From: Trypanosoma brucei
Taxonomy: Eukaryota
Assembly: GCA_000002445.1 (NCBI GenBank)
Contig: CH464491.1
Coordinates: 288,001-352,000 of the forward strand
DNA: 64,000 nucleotides
Direction: 5' to 3'
Within the stretch, counting starts at the first letter, position 1, and each line of letters opens with the position of its first letter. Of the stretch, positions 52,898-62,885 are shown piece by piece. The notes under the pieces are model-generated. The model was not told where the DNA came from, did not search any database, and was given only the letters and a program-made list of their open reading frames with translations. The translations under genes were made by a program, and so were the position numbers.

Positions 52898-54247
52898 ATG
52901 AGCACCTCAATTGAGGGAGACAATTGTGGTATATGTTTCACTTCGATTCATCCTCAGTGTAACCCACGTGGAAAACTGAATAGTTGTGGACACATATTTT
53001 GTGCATATTGTATTAAGAAGTGGGCGGAAAGCACAAATGTCTGCCCTCATTGCAAGGCAAGATTTACAACCATTACGGTGTCAAATACCAAAGGTAAAAA
53101 TGAAGTAAAGAAGGTTCGAAAGCGAAACTACAAACTATGGGAATTAAGTGATTCGGAAAGTGAGGGTGAGGGCGGTGAAGCCCTGGCACTGCCACGCGGT
53201 TCGGTGCGATGTGGCGTTTGCGGTGAAGGCGACAACGCCATTCGTATGATTTTTTGCGACCGCTCCCAATGTGACTATACCGTTCATTTGGATTGTGTTG
53301 GGATGTCCGACAGGCCATCTGAGTTCTTTTGTTCCGAGTGTCGTGCGATGTTCGGGGAAGGGGAAACTTCAACATGTCCGCCACCCAACGTCGGAAAGGA
53401 TCGCAGTTGTAACCCAACAGAATATAACGGCAGTAGCTCCTCGCCCAGTTCTAATGTTTGTGCGCCTGCTCCTTCACCTTGCACAACTACAGCGAGGAAA
53501 ATTAGTGTCCCACCGCCGGCATTTCTCCGAGAGGCAATGGAGCGATCCGCTGGGAAGAGGCTAAGAGACGCTAATGTGGAGAACCGCAGTGAAACGCCGG
53601 TCATGCCGCGCCGAAACGCAAATGACTGGAGTCCTGAAGGCGGATATGTAAATGTCGACAACGGCACCATCAACCACGCAGCACAAACCGCGATGCAGCA
53701 ATATCTTCAACGTATGGAGCAACGCGCGCATAGGGAGAAACTTCAATGCGCACACCGCCCCGCGCAACGGCAAGGAGGGGGAGACTGTTTGCGTCAAAAT
53801 ACCCAACTGCGTCTCGATAGAAGGTGCGCTCAGGTCAGGTCTGCTGCAAATGCTGCTGAAATGGAAGCGCTTCTCAATCCGATAACACGGCAGCGTGAAG
53901 AGGAGAGACTTGCAAGGCAACTGGCTAAGGACCTGATGCCCGTGCTTCGCCGCAATCAGTACCTTAAAGACAACCGATTAGTGTTGGACAGTGACGGGTG
54001 TGTGGTTATGAATCCGCCACCGTCGGAACTGGAGGCTTCTGGACGTGAAGCTGAATTGTACAGTCAAGCCATGGTGGAAGGGCGGCGCATGGCTCAGCAA
54101 CGCATTAGTGCAAAGGTGGCAAGTGCACGCCTTCGGAAGGAACAATTACTCATGATTCAGGCAGAAAGGGAGGCTCTTGCGCTTAACCAGCTGGCGATGA
54201 TGATTGCCTCACGTCGCACCGGGGGGGGGGATCCGAAGGTTGACTGA
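52898..54247 (+). CDS. RING (C3HC4) plus PHD zinc-finger protein
   Basis: RING motif CGICFTS...CGHIFCAYCIKKW...CPHC. PHD motif CGVCGEGDNAIRMIFCDRSQCDYTVHLDCVG...FFCSEC. The first ATG is at 52898 (the track ORF starts at GTG 52880). Confidence 0.7.
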   Translation: MSTSIEGDNCGICFTSIHPQCNPRGKLNSCGHIFCAYCIKKWAESTNVCPHCKARFTTITVSNTKGKNEVKKVRKRNYKLWELSDSESEGEGGEALALPRGSVRCGVCGEGDNAIRMIFCDRSQCDYTVHLDCVGMSDRPSEFFCSECRAMFGEGETSTCPPPNVGKDRSCNPTEYNGSSSSPSSNVCAPAPSPCTTTARKISVPPPAFLREAMERSAGKRLRDANVENRSETPVMPRRNANDWSPEGGYVNVDNGTINHAAQTAMQQYLQRMEQRAHREKLQCAHRPAQRQGGGDCLRQNTQLRLDRRCAQVRSAANAAEMEALLNPITRQREEERLARQLAKDLMPVLRRNQYLKDNRLVLDSDGCVVMNPPPSELEASGREAELYSQAMVEGRRMAQQRISAKVASARLRKEQLLMIQAEREALALNQLAMMIASRRTGGGDPKVD

Positions 54248-54782
54248 TTTTGTGATATCCTATCCGAAATTTTATTATTTTTGGTGAGTGTGTGGAGCTG
54301 GAGTAAGGACTCCATGATTTTTGTCTTTTTTTTTCTTGGTGGATGCTGCTGTTACTTCTCTACCGCAGTTGTTTCGGTTTTTTTTGTTTTTTGAAAAGTC
54401 AGTTCGTTGATACGACAAATTACTTTGAGGTTTTTTTTTTTAAAAAATGGAAGCAGACACAACAATTATTAAGCGAGGTTATTGCGAGAGAGCCTATACA
54501 TTACATGTATACGTTTGTGCGTGTTTAATTGATTAAGTTGCAGTTGGTTGTGTTGCGTCACTTAGATTATTATGTTGTTTTGTTGATGTCTGAATAGTCA
54601 TTACCATATTGCGTTCTACTCTTGCACTGCTGTCCGCTACTTTCACTCCGCTTCGTGATCAACTTTGCTATTTGCTCCATTTACAATATCAAATATGTAC
54701 CAATATTGAAGAACTGCTAGGTTTGTATCACTAAAGAACAGATAGTGAGATCAAACAGAAGGGCAGTAATCCATCACCCTTC

Positions 54783-56627
54783 ATGGGAGACAGTGTGATA
54801 CCCCATCACACGGTGGTGCAGTGTATTTACTCATTTTTAAAGGCACATGGGTACAAAAACTCACTTCTCGCCCTGCAGAGCGAGTCCCGTGTGCCGTATA
54901 ATACCATTGATGTTGTTGAGATTGATGAAGCAAGCAAAGACACACCGTGTGTGAACCCGAAGTCACTGGAGCGCGCAGTTCTAGGAGGCAAATGGGACGT
55001 TGTACTCCACAATTATGTGGATACTTTGTTACTCCCTGAGGAGATTGTTTTTGCTCTCTATGAGCTCATATTTGAGGAGCTGCTGGCGTTGGGAGGGTTT
55101 GTTCATGCGGCGCGTGCTTTGTTTACATCTTCGCCGGTGTTTGCCAACATGAAGCGCTCTTCCGGCGCCCGATACGCTCGGTTGGAGCGAATGCTCGCTT
55201 CTTTCAAAAACGAAAACATTAACGACGTAGGAACTGGAGGAACTGAAGTGGTTCCTCGCCATCTTATGGAGAAGCGTGAGGCATTGTTGAAAACCTTACA
55301 GGAAGCTATCACTTGGAATGAAGAACCATACGATGGTGCTCTCCCCGCAGCGTTATGCCGGATGTTCAGTAATGATGGACGTATTGGTGGGCCCCCTTCA
55401 CAGCAATCGACCATGGCGAAAGGGAATGATGCTGTAAGCGTTGGTGATGCCTCAGCAGTTTGTGCTCCTACCACCTTTTTGCGCTATCCGCTTTGCTGCC
55501 CAAAGAAACTCAAAAGCCAAACGCTACCTGGGGGCGGAAGACCATCCGCTTGCATCGTCACACCTCTGTCCAGGAGTGGAGGGGAACAAAGGAAGTTTAC
55601 TGCCCTCGTTGTTGGCACGACTGACGGTGTAGTTAATATTCTTGATGCTGAATCTGCGGGTCCTGTGGAAGGTTCTGTCAAACACACCGATGAGGTTTTG
55701 AGTGTAACCGTGGACGCAGGAGCGGACGGCGGCGTTGCATGGGTTGCGGTTGGGTATCGGGATGGTTGGGTGAAGATTTATAACACAGAGACTAGGAAGT
55801 TGGTGCGCCGTTTCACACAAGTCCACAGTGGGGGCGTAACGTCTGTTGTTTTTACTGGGTCAAGGGCGCCTGAGCTTTTTGGGCACCGGACGCACCTTGT
55901 TTCGGGATCATACGATGGCAGCGTGCAGCTCCTTAACATTCTTAGTGGGGTTTCGCTTCAGCGTATCGGTGATGCACATCATTCCAAGTATGTGTTGTCC
56001 TTGTGTGGGATTTGTTCGGAATCTAGCGAGGATTACCACGTCGTGTCGGCTGGGAATGACGGCGTTCTTTGCTTCTGGAGCTTCTCCGAAGAAAAAATCC
56101 AGCGAGTGGGACATCCGCGAGCGTTGACGACAATTCATGCCGCCTTGAGGGATGACATTCCAACCCGGTTGCTGCCTATAGATGACAGTGGGACAACGAA
56201 GGAAATCTTGGTTCTTACCCGCGGGCAGTGGGCGCTGGTGCTGAGTACCTGTTTTACAAATAACTCAGCGGAACCGCTTGTACTAACACTCCACTGCACC
56301 ATTTACACTCCTCGACCGATGTTTGGCGGTTGCTTGAGGGTTGTGAATACTCCGGCGCAACCGGAGCCTATGTTGACCGTCTTTCTAACTGATAGAAGTG
56401 GTACCATTATACTTTACAATATTGAAATGAGGTGGCGCGGGTCTACTACTGTTGGTACAACCAAGGAATTTCGTCCTGTCGATGAGAGCTCTATTGTGGT
56501 GATAGAACACGGAAAGACTGTAGAAACTCTTAACGTAGCATACGTTCCGGGGAAGCTCGACAATCTTTTGGCTTATTCCCCTTCGATTCCTGCCATGTAT
56601 CTTCTTTCGTGGGAAGCAGAGGCGTGA
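54783..56627 (+). CDS. LisH-CTLH-WD40 repeat protein (SMU1/WDR26-like)
   Basis: N-terminal LisH-like segment TVVQCIYSFLKAHGYKNSLLALQSE. CTLH-like helix region. C-terminal WD repeats (GSYDGSVQLLNI, SAGNDGVLCFWSF). Confidence 0.6.
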   Translation: MGDSVIPHHTVVQCIYSFLKAHGYKNSLLALQSESRVPYNTIDVVEIDEASKDTPCVNPKSLERAVLGGKWDVVLHNYVDTLLLPEEIVFALYELIFEELLALGGFVHAARALFTSSPVFANMKRSSGARYARLERMLASFKNENINDVGTGGTEVVPRHLMEKREALLKTLQEAITWNEEPYDGALPAALCRMFSNDGRIGGPPSQQSTMAKGNDAVSVGDASAVCAPTTFLRYPLCCPKKLKSQTLPGGGRPSACIVTPLSRSGGEQRKFTALVVGTTDGVVNILDAESAGPVEGSVKHTDEVLSVTVDAGADGGVAWVAVGYRDGWVKIYNTETRKLVRRFTQVHSGGVTSVVFTGSRAPELFGHRTHLVSGSYDGSVQLLNILSGVSLQRIGDAHHSKYVLSLCGICSESSEDYHVVSAGNDGVLCFWSFSEEKIQRVGHPRALTTIHAALRDDIPTRLLPIDDSGTTKEILVLTRGQWALVLSTCFTNNSAEPLVLTLHCTIYTPRPMFGGCLRVVNTPAQPEPMLTVFLTDRSGTIILYNIEMRWRGSTTVGTTKEFRPVDESSIVVIEHGKTVETLNVAYVPGKLDNLLAYSPSIPAMYLLSWEAEA

Positions 56628-56932
56628 AGTTGACTTGAAATGTTCGCACTGATGGTTTTGCGCAGTGATTTTACAAACTTTTGTGCATTTCTGGAATAGC
56701 TGCCAACTATCTGGATGCGGCATCGGTGTCTTCTCTCTCTCTCTATATATATATACGTTTTTTTTAAAAAGTCATGAATGTCCTTACCCACGAAATTCCC
56801 TTGACGTTACGTGGTCATCTGGGTTTGGCTTATTGGGGGAGTTGGGTGTGATCAAAAGTCCCCTTAATAGTTTTCACGCGAATTCATTGCATCGGTTTAA
56901 AATATTATTATTATTATTATTACCGTTATATA

Positions 56933-56956
56933 TGTTCCTTTTTTTTTTGTCGTCAG
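56933..56956 (+). promoter_or_regulatory. Poly-pyrimidine tract plus AG: putative SL acceptor for the DNAAF3-like gene
   Basis: tgttccttttttttttgtcgtcag sits about 130 nt upstream of ATG 57087. Confidence 0.3.
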
Positions 56957-57086
56957 CAAGTGCGTAAGTTGAGCACTTCCCATTCCCCTTCCCCTCATCT
57001 TTTTTTCTTTTGACCACCGTAGCTCTTCTCTGGTTTTTCTTCTATAATGATAAGTTTTAGTACAGTAAGTGGAAATAACTGACTCC

Positions 57087-58778
57087 ATGAGCAACAAATA
57101 CCTTTTGGATGAGAAGCAACAGTTTATTAATGGGATTGGCACCGAGTTGGCATGGGGATGGTCTCCAGCGATAGATTTTACCGAATTTTTGAATACAAGG
57201 AAGAGGGAACAAACTCTTGGAAAGGGGCCTGAGGGCACCTCAGAAGTGGTGAATCCAACTGTATCCGATGACAAAAAGTCCAGCCAAGAATCAAGTTGCC
57301 TTACCAAAGAAGAAAAGGATATTGAGTCGATGATTGCGACTATCAAACAGCGCTCAGTGGAAGATAAGGAAAGAAATGGATCTGATGAGCCCGGTGACGT
57401 GCGTGTGCTTCTTTGCGGAGCATGTGATATACGCCATGTTTTCCGCACCCTTTCCAGTTTACGGGTGAAGGGATCACTCACATCATCGGGGGAGTCAGTT
57501 GATCCTACGTGGCACTTCTATTTTTATGAGCCCAATCTGCGCGTGCATGCTCGTCACCTATTTTTCCTCAAGTGGCTGTTAGACAGTACTTTTTCTCTCG
57601 ATGAGCTTGAAGAGAGGGTGCTAATGTTCCTTGATGTTTTTGGTAATGCCATGACACGTGACACAACGGCTGCGCAGGTGCGAAATGTCGCCCAACAGCT
57701 ACTCAATGCGTTGCGCTCTGAGGGTGGAGGAGATCTCGCTGAGTTGGTGTCCTTTGCAGAAATGAAGGAAAAGGAACGCGACTTTGTGGAGCAGCAGATT
57801 GTGCACTGGACGCGTGATCGCTCGGTAGCTCACGTGGAAGAGACCCGCTCCAAACGCCTGAGGCAAGAGATGGCGGAGCGTTTCGATAACCGGGACAATA
57901 TCATTGACTGGGACTTCCACTTTCATCTGAATGACTACACAAACCTAATCAAATTTACAGAATATCGCACATGGCGCAACAATGGTGTTGCTTTCGATGC
58001 GACACACATCAACCCACGCCGTGAGTTCACGTATACTTACTCGGTTCCTAACAAAACGCTCTGCCACTTTAACAATAAAGGGGATGGTGTTTTCTTGGGT
58101 GATGTGAAGAATGGGCCGTTCTTTGCCTTGGGGGCACAAACTGCGAATACACACATTCGTTCCAGAACTTTCGATGGCACGTGTAAATATGGCAATGGTG
58201 TTGTCTCGATGCATAATATTCGTGCGTGGTTATATGGTCTCATGACAGGGTTGCGGTGGCCGTGGAGTGACCACTTATTTGCGTGGGATGATGCCTCTAA
58301 CTACAATTGGCTTCCAGAAGGTACCCCCAAAGACGTTACGCACCAAACCACATTACCTAAGGTGAAGTTTCATTTCATTGGTTTGGACTTGGACCGCTTC
58401 CTAAAGCGGATGCGGGATAAGGGAAGACAGAAGTTTGATGCAGCCTTTGTTGGGACAGGATGCACGCAGTTTATGACTCCCTCCTTTTTTGAGATTGCAA
58501 TGATGGAGGACGCTGTCGTGGTTGCGGAAACTGCAAAGTTTGTTATAGATATGAGAGATGAGGGCAAAAAAGCTTTTGTTAACAAAATATGCGAACTGGC
58601 TCGTGCGGCTAACTGGAACCGAAACGAAGACATAACCAAATCTCTTCACAAGGACCAGCCAGATCCTCAGAAAGTTGACGAGAACTCATCAAATAACAAG
58701 GCAGCGCTAATGGCGAAGGAGCGGTACGAAATGCCCTACCAAATAGCCCTTACGCGTTGCTGCTCTGTGGTGGCGTGA
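57087..58778 (+). CDS. Dynein axonemal assembly factor 3 (DNAAF3/PF22)-like protein
   Basis: N-terminal ELAWGWSPAIDF and VRVLLCGACDIRHVFRTLSSL resemble the DUF4470 signature of DNAAF3 (WGFSPALD ... LLvGsGD.RH.LkT). The first ATG is at 57087 (the track ORF starts at GTG 57069). A poly-Y/AG signal lies at 56933-56956. Confidence 0.45.
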   Translation: MSNKYLLDEKQQFINGIGTELAWGWSPAIDFTEFLNTRKREQTLGKGPEGTSEVVNPTVSDDKKSSQESSCLTKEEKDIESMIATIKQRSVEDKERNGSDEPGDVRVLLCGACDIRHVFRTLSSLRVKGSLTSSGESVDPTWHFYFYEPNLRVHARHLFFLKWLLDSTFSLDELEERVLMFLDVFGNAMTRDTTAAQVRNVAQQLLNALRSEGGGDLAELVSFAEMKEKERDFVEQQIVHWTRDRSVAHVEETRSKRLRQEMAERFDNRDNIIDWDFHFHLNDYTNLIKFTEYRTWRNNGVAFDATHINPRREFTYTYSVPNKTLCHFNNKGDGVFLGDVKNGPFFALGAQTANTHIRSRTFDGTCKYGNGVVSMHNIRAWLYGLMTGLRWPWSDHLFAWDDASNYNWLPEGTPKDVTHQTTLPKVKFHFIGLDLDRFLKRMRDKGRQKFDAAFVGTGCTQFMTPSFFEIAMMEDAVVVAETAKFVIDMRDEGKKAFVNKICELARAANWNRNEDITKSLHKDQPDPQKVDENSSNNKAALMAKERYEMPYQIALTRCCSVVA

Positions 58779-59043
58779 TGTGCTTTATTTTAACTTGGCC
58801 GTTACTTTTCTAAATACCTTCCCGTGTCACTTTCCATGTGCTATTCTCATTACTGAGCGTAACTCACGTTTCTGACGTTACCGCTAGCTTTTCATGGATG
58901 AATGTGACGGAAACTGAAATCTTACGTGACTTATCTTCTGCTGCGTCTTCGTTGAACTACCGTTGTCGCTATCATACATTGTGCCTTTACCCTCACTTTA
59001 TGTGTTTTGTTAAGTTTCGGCTTCGTATGCGCCCCTATTAAAC

Positions 59044-59153
59044 CTTTACCCTCCGCTTTCTGTCTTCTTGTTACGCACTGTTTTTTCCCCCTCTCGTTTT
59101 TTTCTTTGCTTTCTCATCGTTGTTATATTGCCTTTGCAATTTTTTTTAAAAAG
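59044..59153 (+). promoter_or_regulatory. Long poly-pyrimidine tract ending in AG: putative SL acceptor / upstream polyadenylation determinant
   Basis: About 110 nt, more than 80% C/T, ending ...ttttttttaaaaag just before ATG 59167. Confidence 0.3.
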
Positions 59154-59166
59154 AAGGTACCTCATT

Positions 59167-61509
59167 ATGTCGGATTTCGTCGATATTAATGTGAATACGC
59201 AGCCGGCCAGGGCGAATACCATCAGTTGGTTTGACGCAATTAGCCCTGGACGTGCCTCCCGGGTTGTAACACCTGCCACTTGTCCTCCACCCAGCAGCAC
59301 AAACATGTCCACAAAGGAAATACGCCAGAGTGACCTTGCGGTTACACAACGTCATCAGGAAAATGACCTCACCGTTTCGACAATATGTTACGACGACGAA
59401 AGTAACAGCTCACTGTTAAGGCGCTTAAACTCCACAGTAACGCCACCTCGTCCGCATACTAATTTAACCGATGGCGAAATGGGCACTTCTGTGGTCCTGG
59501 GTGAATATTCTACCGCTGCTGCCGCATCGCCACAACGACGGATGGTGAGTTCAGGAGCCGTTCCTCGTTCGCGTAGGCGGTGTGATGACATGTATGAGGA
59601 AGCTGTTCGAGGGAAATTGGCTAAAAGGCAGTGGGCTGCCGCCGAGCAAATTCGGCAATCGATTCTCGAGAGAGCGCGTATTGAGCGGGATTGCACGTTC
59701 CAACCTCAACTCTCCCCATATGCAAAAAAATTACACCGCCCTTCTCACCTTGCACCGGAAAACCGCATTTATGAAGAGCTTATGCGAAAGAGTGAATGGC
59801 GTGCACAGAAGCAAAAGGAGCACATTGAGGATGAGTTGAAGGGTTGCACTTTTCGACCGCTGACTGTGCAAGCAGCTAAGCTGAAATCATCGGCTCATGT
59901 ACGTGACTCTCATATCTTTAGCGAGCTCTATAATCACCATGAAGAGCAGCAATACTTTCGCGACGAACTTCGCCCGCGCGTGGTACAGCATTTGGAACAG
60001 CAAATACTGTACAAAAACCCATCCAATAAAATAGTCTCGGAGAACAAGATGAGTGAGGTTGTGGAGCGACTTATTTCCCGGGGCGCCATTGTACAGGCCG
60101 ATCGGCAAAGGGCGAAAAGCGCTGCTATTAGTTCTGAGACATTCAAACCAGCTATCAGCACCAAGTCGGAGCGTATTGTCTCACGACAACAGGATGCCGG
60201 TTTACTGTCGGAGGATGTGTTGGAACGGTTAATGAATCCGCCAAAGACGATGTCGCAGGATCGGTGTCAGCGCCGTGAACGTGAAGAAAAGTTATTTGAT
60301 GAGGATTTCAAGGAGATATGCTCCGAGTATTTGAAAGGTGTTCGCGTTTCGTTGCGGAAGGAATTAGAAAAGAACTTTATCTCCGCCAAATTCGATGCAT
60401 TGGCAGATTACATTCATAGAGAAGAACCCGATTACAAGGGATGTGACAGTCGTGTTGACAAGTACCCCATCAAACAACTGTTGAAGGCTGCTGTTTCTAT
60501 TCTCTCAGCAGAAGAGGGAGATGAGTTGGTGCACATACTAACACACAGTAGGTCTCCCGCTCTCAACCGAAAGGGATTTGTTACTCTGTGTCTGAAGGCT
60601 TTAGCAGTGGTTGAAGACCCACGCAGTAGTGCTCTGGCATCACTACCACCACCCCCTTCTAATTCAGGAAATGGAAACCGCACCGGATTTGTCGATAACA
60701 CCGACAAGAATCGTAGGGATCATTTGAACCGCTTGCGCCACAACATGTCACCCGAGGAAGTTGCGGCCATAAAGGCAAGCGCATTGGAGCGGCAGCAACG
60801 GCGCACTGAGGAGGAACTGCAACGGCAACGTGCAAAAGAAGAGGAAGAGATGAGGGAATGTACCTTCCGACCTCAGACAACCAGAAAAATACCACGTGAA
60901 TGTCGTTCTGGTCGGTACACAAACGTGAGGATCACCAAGGGGGAGATGCTCCGCCGAGCGCATATTCGAAAATCAAGGACTGAAAGCGTGGAAACCCCTA
61001 GTTTAGACCTACCAATTCCTCTGGTGAGGGATATATTTAAAAAACTAAAGATTCCAACAGCGTTTCCTTCACCGCAACGCAGAGCGCATAGCGCCGGTGC
61101 ACACCCTGGCGTTTGTGGGAAGCACCGCCAGATACGTACAACGGCCGTGTTGAAGTCACCCAAACAGCGGGTGAAATCCACGAGCAGACGAAGCAGAGCA
61201 GAAGGGGACCAACAGGGCGTTGCTACGCGTGCCGCTTCTGCCGTCGATAAAAAGAGTCATTTCCCAGCAAAGTCAAAGGGTAAAGAAGAGGCCGCATGTG
61301 CAGCAGTTCCGTCTGAACAAAGTTCGGAGGATGCTGCTGAAACTTATACCGGCCGCTCGTTTGATGGCAACCCTTGGCCAAATGCAGGAGCCCTGTTTCG
61401 TGATGCGGCTTCTGAGCATGGCGTTTTTGGTGGTGAGGGAGCGCTCACTGATCTTGGAAGGCAGCTGATTTTACAGCAACTGCGCGAATACAGAAGTAGG
61501 CAACGGTAA
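59167..61509 (+). CDS. Hypothetical basic/coiled-coil protein with three copies of a [DE]CTF[RQ]P motif
   Basis: ORF in track (59068..61509). The first ATG, at 59167, follows a 110-nt poly-pyrimidine tract ending in AG (59044-59153). The motifs are ERDCTFQPQ, LKGCTFRPL and MRECTFRPQ, each preceded by an E/R/K-rich helix. Confidence 0.6.
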   Translation: MSDFVDINVNTQPARANTISWFDAISPGRASRVVTPATCPPPSSTNMSTKEIRQSDLAVTQRHQENDLTVSTICYDDESNSSLLRRLNSTVTPPRPHTNLTDGEMGTSVVLGEYSTAAAASPQRRMVSSGAVPRSRRRCDDMYEEAVRGKLAKRQWAAAEQIRQSILERARIERDCTFQPQLSPYAKKLHRPSHLAPENRIYEELMRKSEWRAQKQKEHIEDELKGCTFRPLTVQAAKLKSSAHVRDSHIFSELYNHHEEQQYFRDELRPRVVQHLEQQILYKNPSNKIVSENKMSEVVERLISRGAIVQADRQRAKSAAISSETFKPAISTKSERIVSRQQDAGLLSEDVLERLMNPPKTMSQDRCQRREREEKLFDEDFKEICSEYLKGVRVSLRKELEKNFISAKFDALADYIHREEPDYKGCDSRVDKYPIKQLLKAAVSILSAEEGDELVHILTHSRSPALNRKGFVTLCLKALAVVEDPRSSALASLPPPPSNSGNGNRTGFVDNTDKNRRDHLNRLRHNMSPEEVAAIKASALERQQRRTEEELQRQRAKEEEEMRECTFRPQTTRKIPRECRSGRYTNVRITKGEMLRRAHIRKSRTESVETPSLDLPIPLVRDIFKKLKIPTAFPSPQRRAHSAGAHPGVCGKHRQIRTTAVLKSPKQRVKSTSRRSRAEGDQQGVATRAASAVDKKSHFPAKSKGKEEAACAAVPSEQSSEDAAETYTGRSFDGNPWPNAGALFRDAASEHGVFGGEGALTDLGRQLILQQLREYRSRQR

Positions 61510-62885
61510 GCCGTGTGGTACTCTCAACCACTGACGAGGGATGCGATGAGTTGAAAAGGTGGGGACTTTATTGCCCATAAGGGAGAATACATATGTTTGC
61601 CAATTCATTTCTCATCTTAGATGGGTTTACCCATAGATGCACCCTGATGTGTGCGTACGGACTTGTATTTGTGTGTCTGTATTGATGAGTACAGCTGTAG
61701 CATGTTTTGCAGCATCACGGGTGAAGCGCAGGCCGATGGGGGGAAAAAATCTATCTTTATTTTTTGCCATTCGTTTAACTTTTTTTTTTCGGATCCCCAA
61801 TCTACCTTCTCTCTCTTTTTTTGCTTTGTATGCATTTTCTTGTACGATTTTTACTAGTATTATTACTACCATAGAGATTTCGGTATTTTCCGCGGGTTTA
61901 ATTTACACTGTATTCGCACACTGTATACGAATTCGGAGGAGGGGATGCCATAGTAACCATAAAGATATCCATACATGAATGTATAAAAATATATACACTT
62001 ACGTATTTTATTTGTTTCCGCCTTCGTTCCTCGAATTTCTTTTGTTCTCATTTTTTGTGCAGAAGTGTCCTTCGGCATCTACATGAGCGAATGCAACATT
62101 GCATGTATTGTCGCTTGTCTCCCATCAGTTCCTCCTTCGTTTTTTTTTACCTGCGACCATTGAATGTAACGGGCATTGATAGCAGGTGCCGCATAAAGCG
62201 AATAATGTGGCAAAAAAAAAAAAAGAAGGTTAATGAGTGGATACGGGAAAATAAATGAGGGAATAGAGGGTTCATACTGCGATTGTAAACTGATGGGAAA
62301 GTTCGAAAGTAGTTTCGATGACACAACATATCGGGATTGGGAGGTAAAGTACTGCAGTGGACCATTTTGTTAGTTATAAGTGTGAATATGGAGGCTTTTG
62401 AAGCGTTTCACGATATTAAAAGTGTGTGAGGATTTCACGCACTCGGACATTATGATTTTTTTCAAAATGGCCCATATAATTCTTTCTTGATCTTAAATAG
62501 AATAGGAGAGGGGAAGATGAGAGTGCGTTGAAACCGCTGAGTCTCCTGCTTCCTGTGTGGCGGTTTCTCTCCTTTTTTTTCCTTTTTTTTCTTTTTTCTT
62601 TGTGAGGAATGATCAAATACATTAATAATTAATTTATTTTTGCATGTTCGCCTGAGAAGGTCTGCTTCTGTCTTCGATCGGTGGTTATCAACATAAACCC
62701 CCTTCACACTCATACACGCATCATAGCAGCTCTCTTCTACCTTTCTGTTAAATTCGTCGATCACCTTCCTTTAATATTAAGCATTAGGCAGGTCAGATTG
62801 ATTTTGCTTTTTGCTGTTCGGTTGCCGTATTGCGGTGTAGCTTGCGGTACTTGAGTAGGCGGGATTCTTTAGGTTCACTGATACA

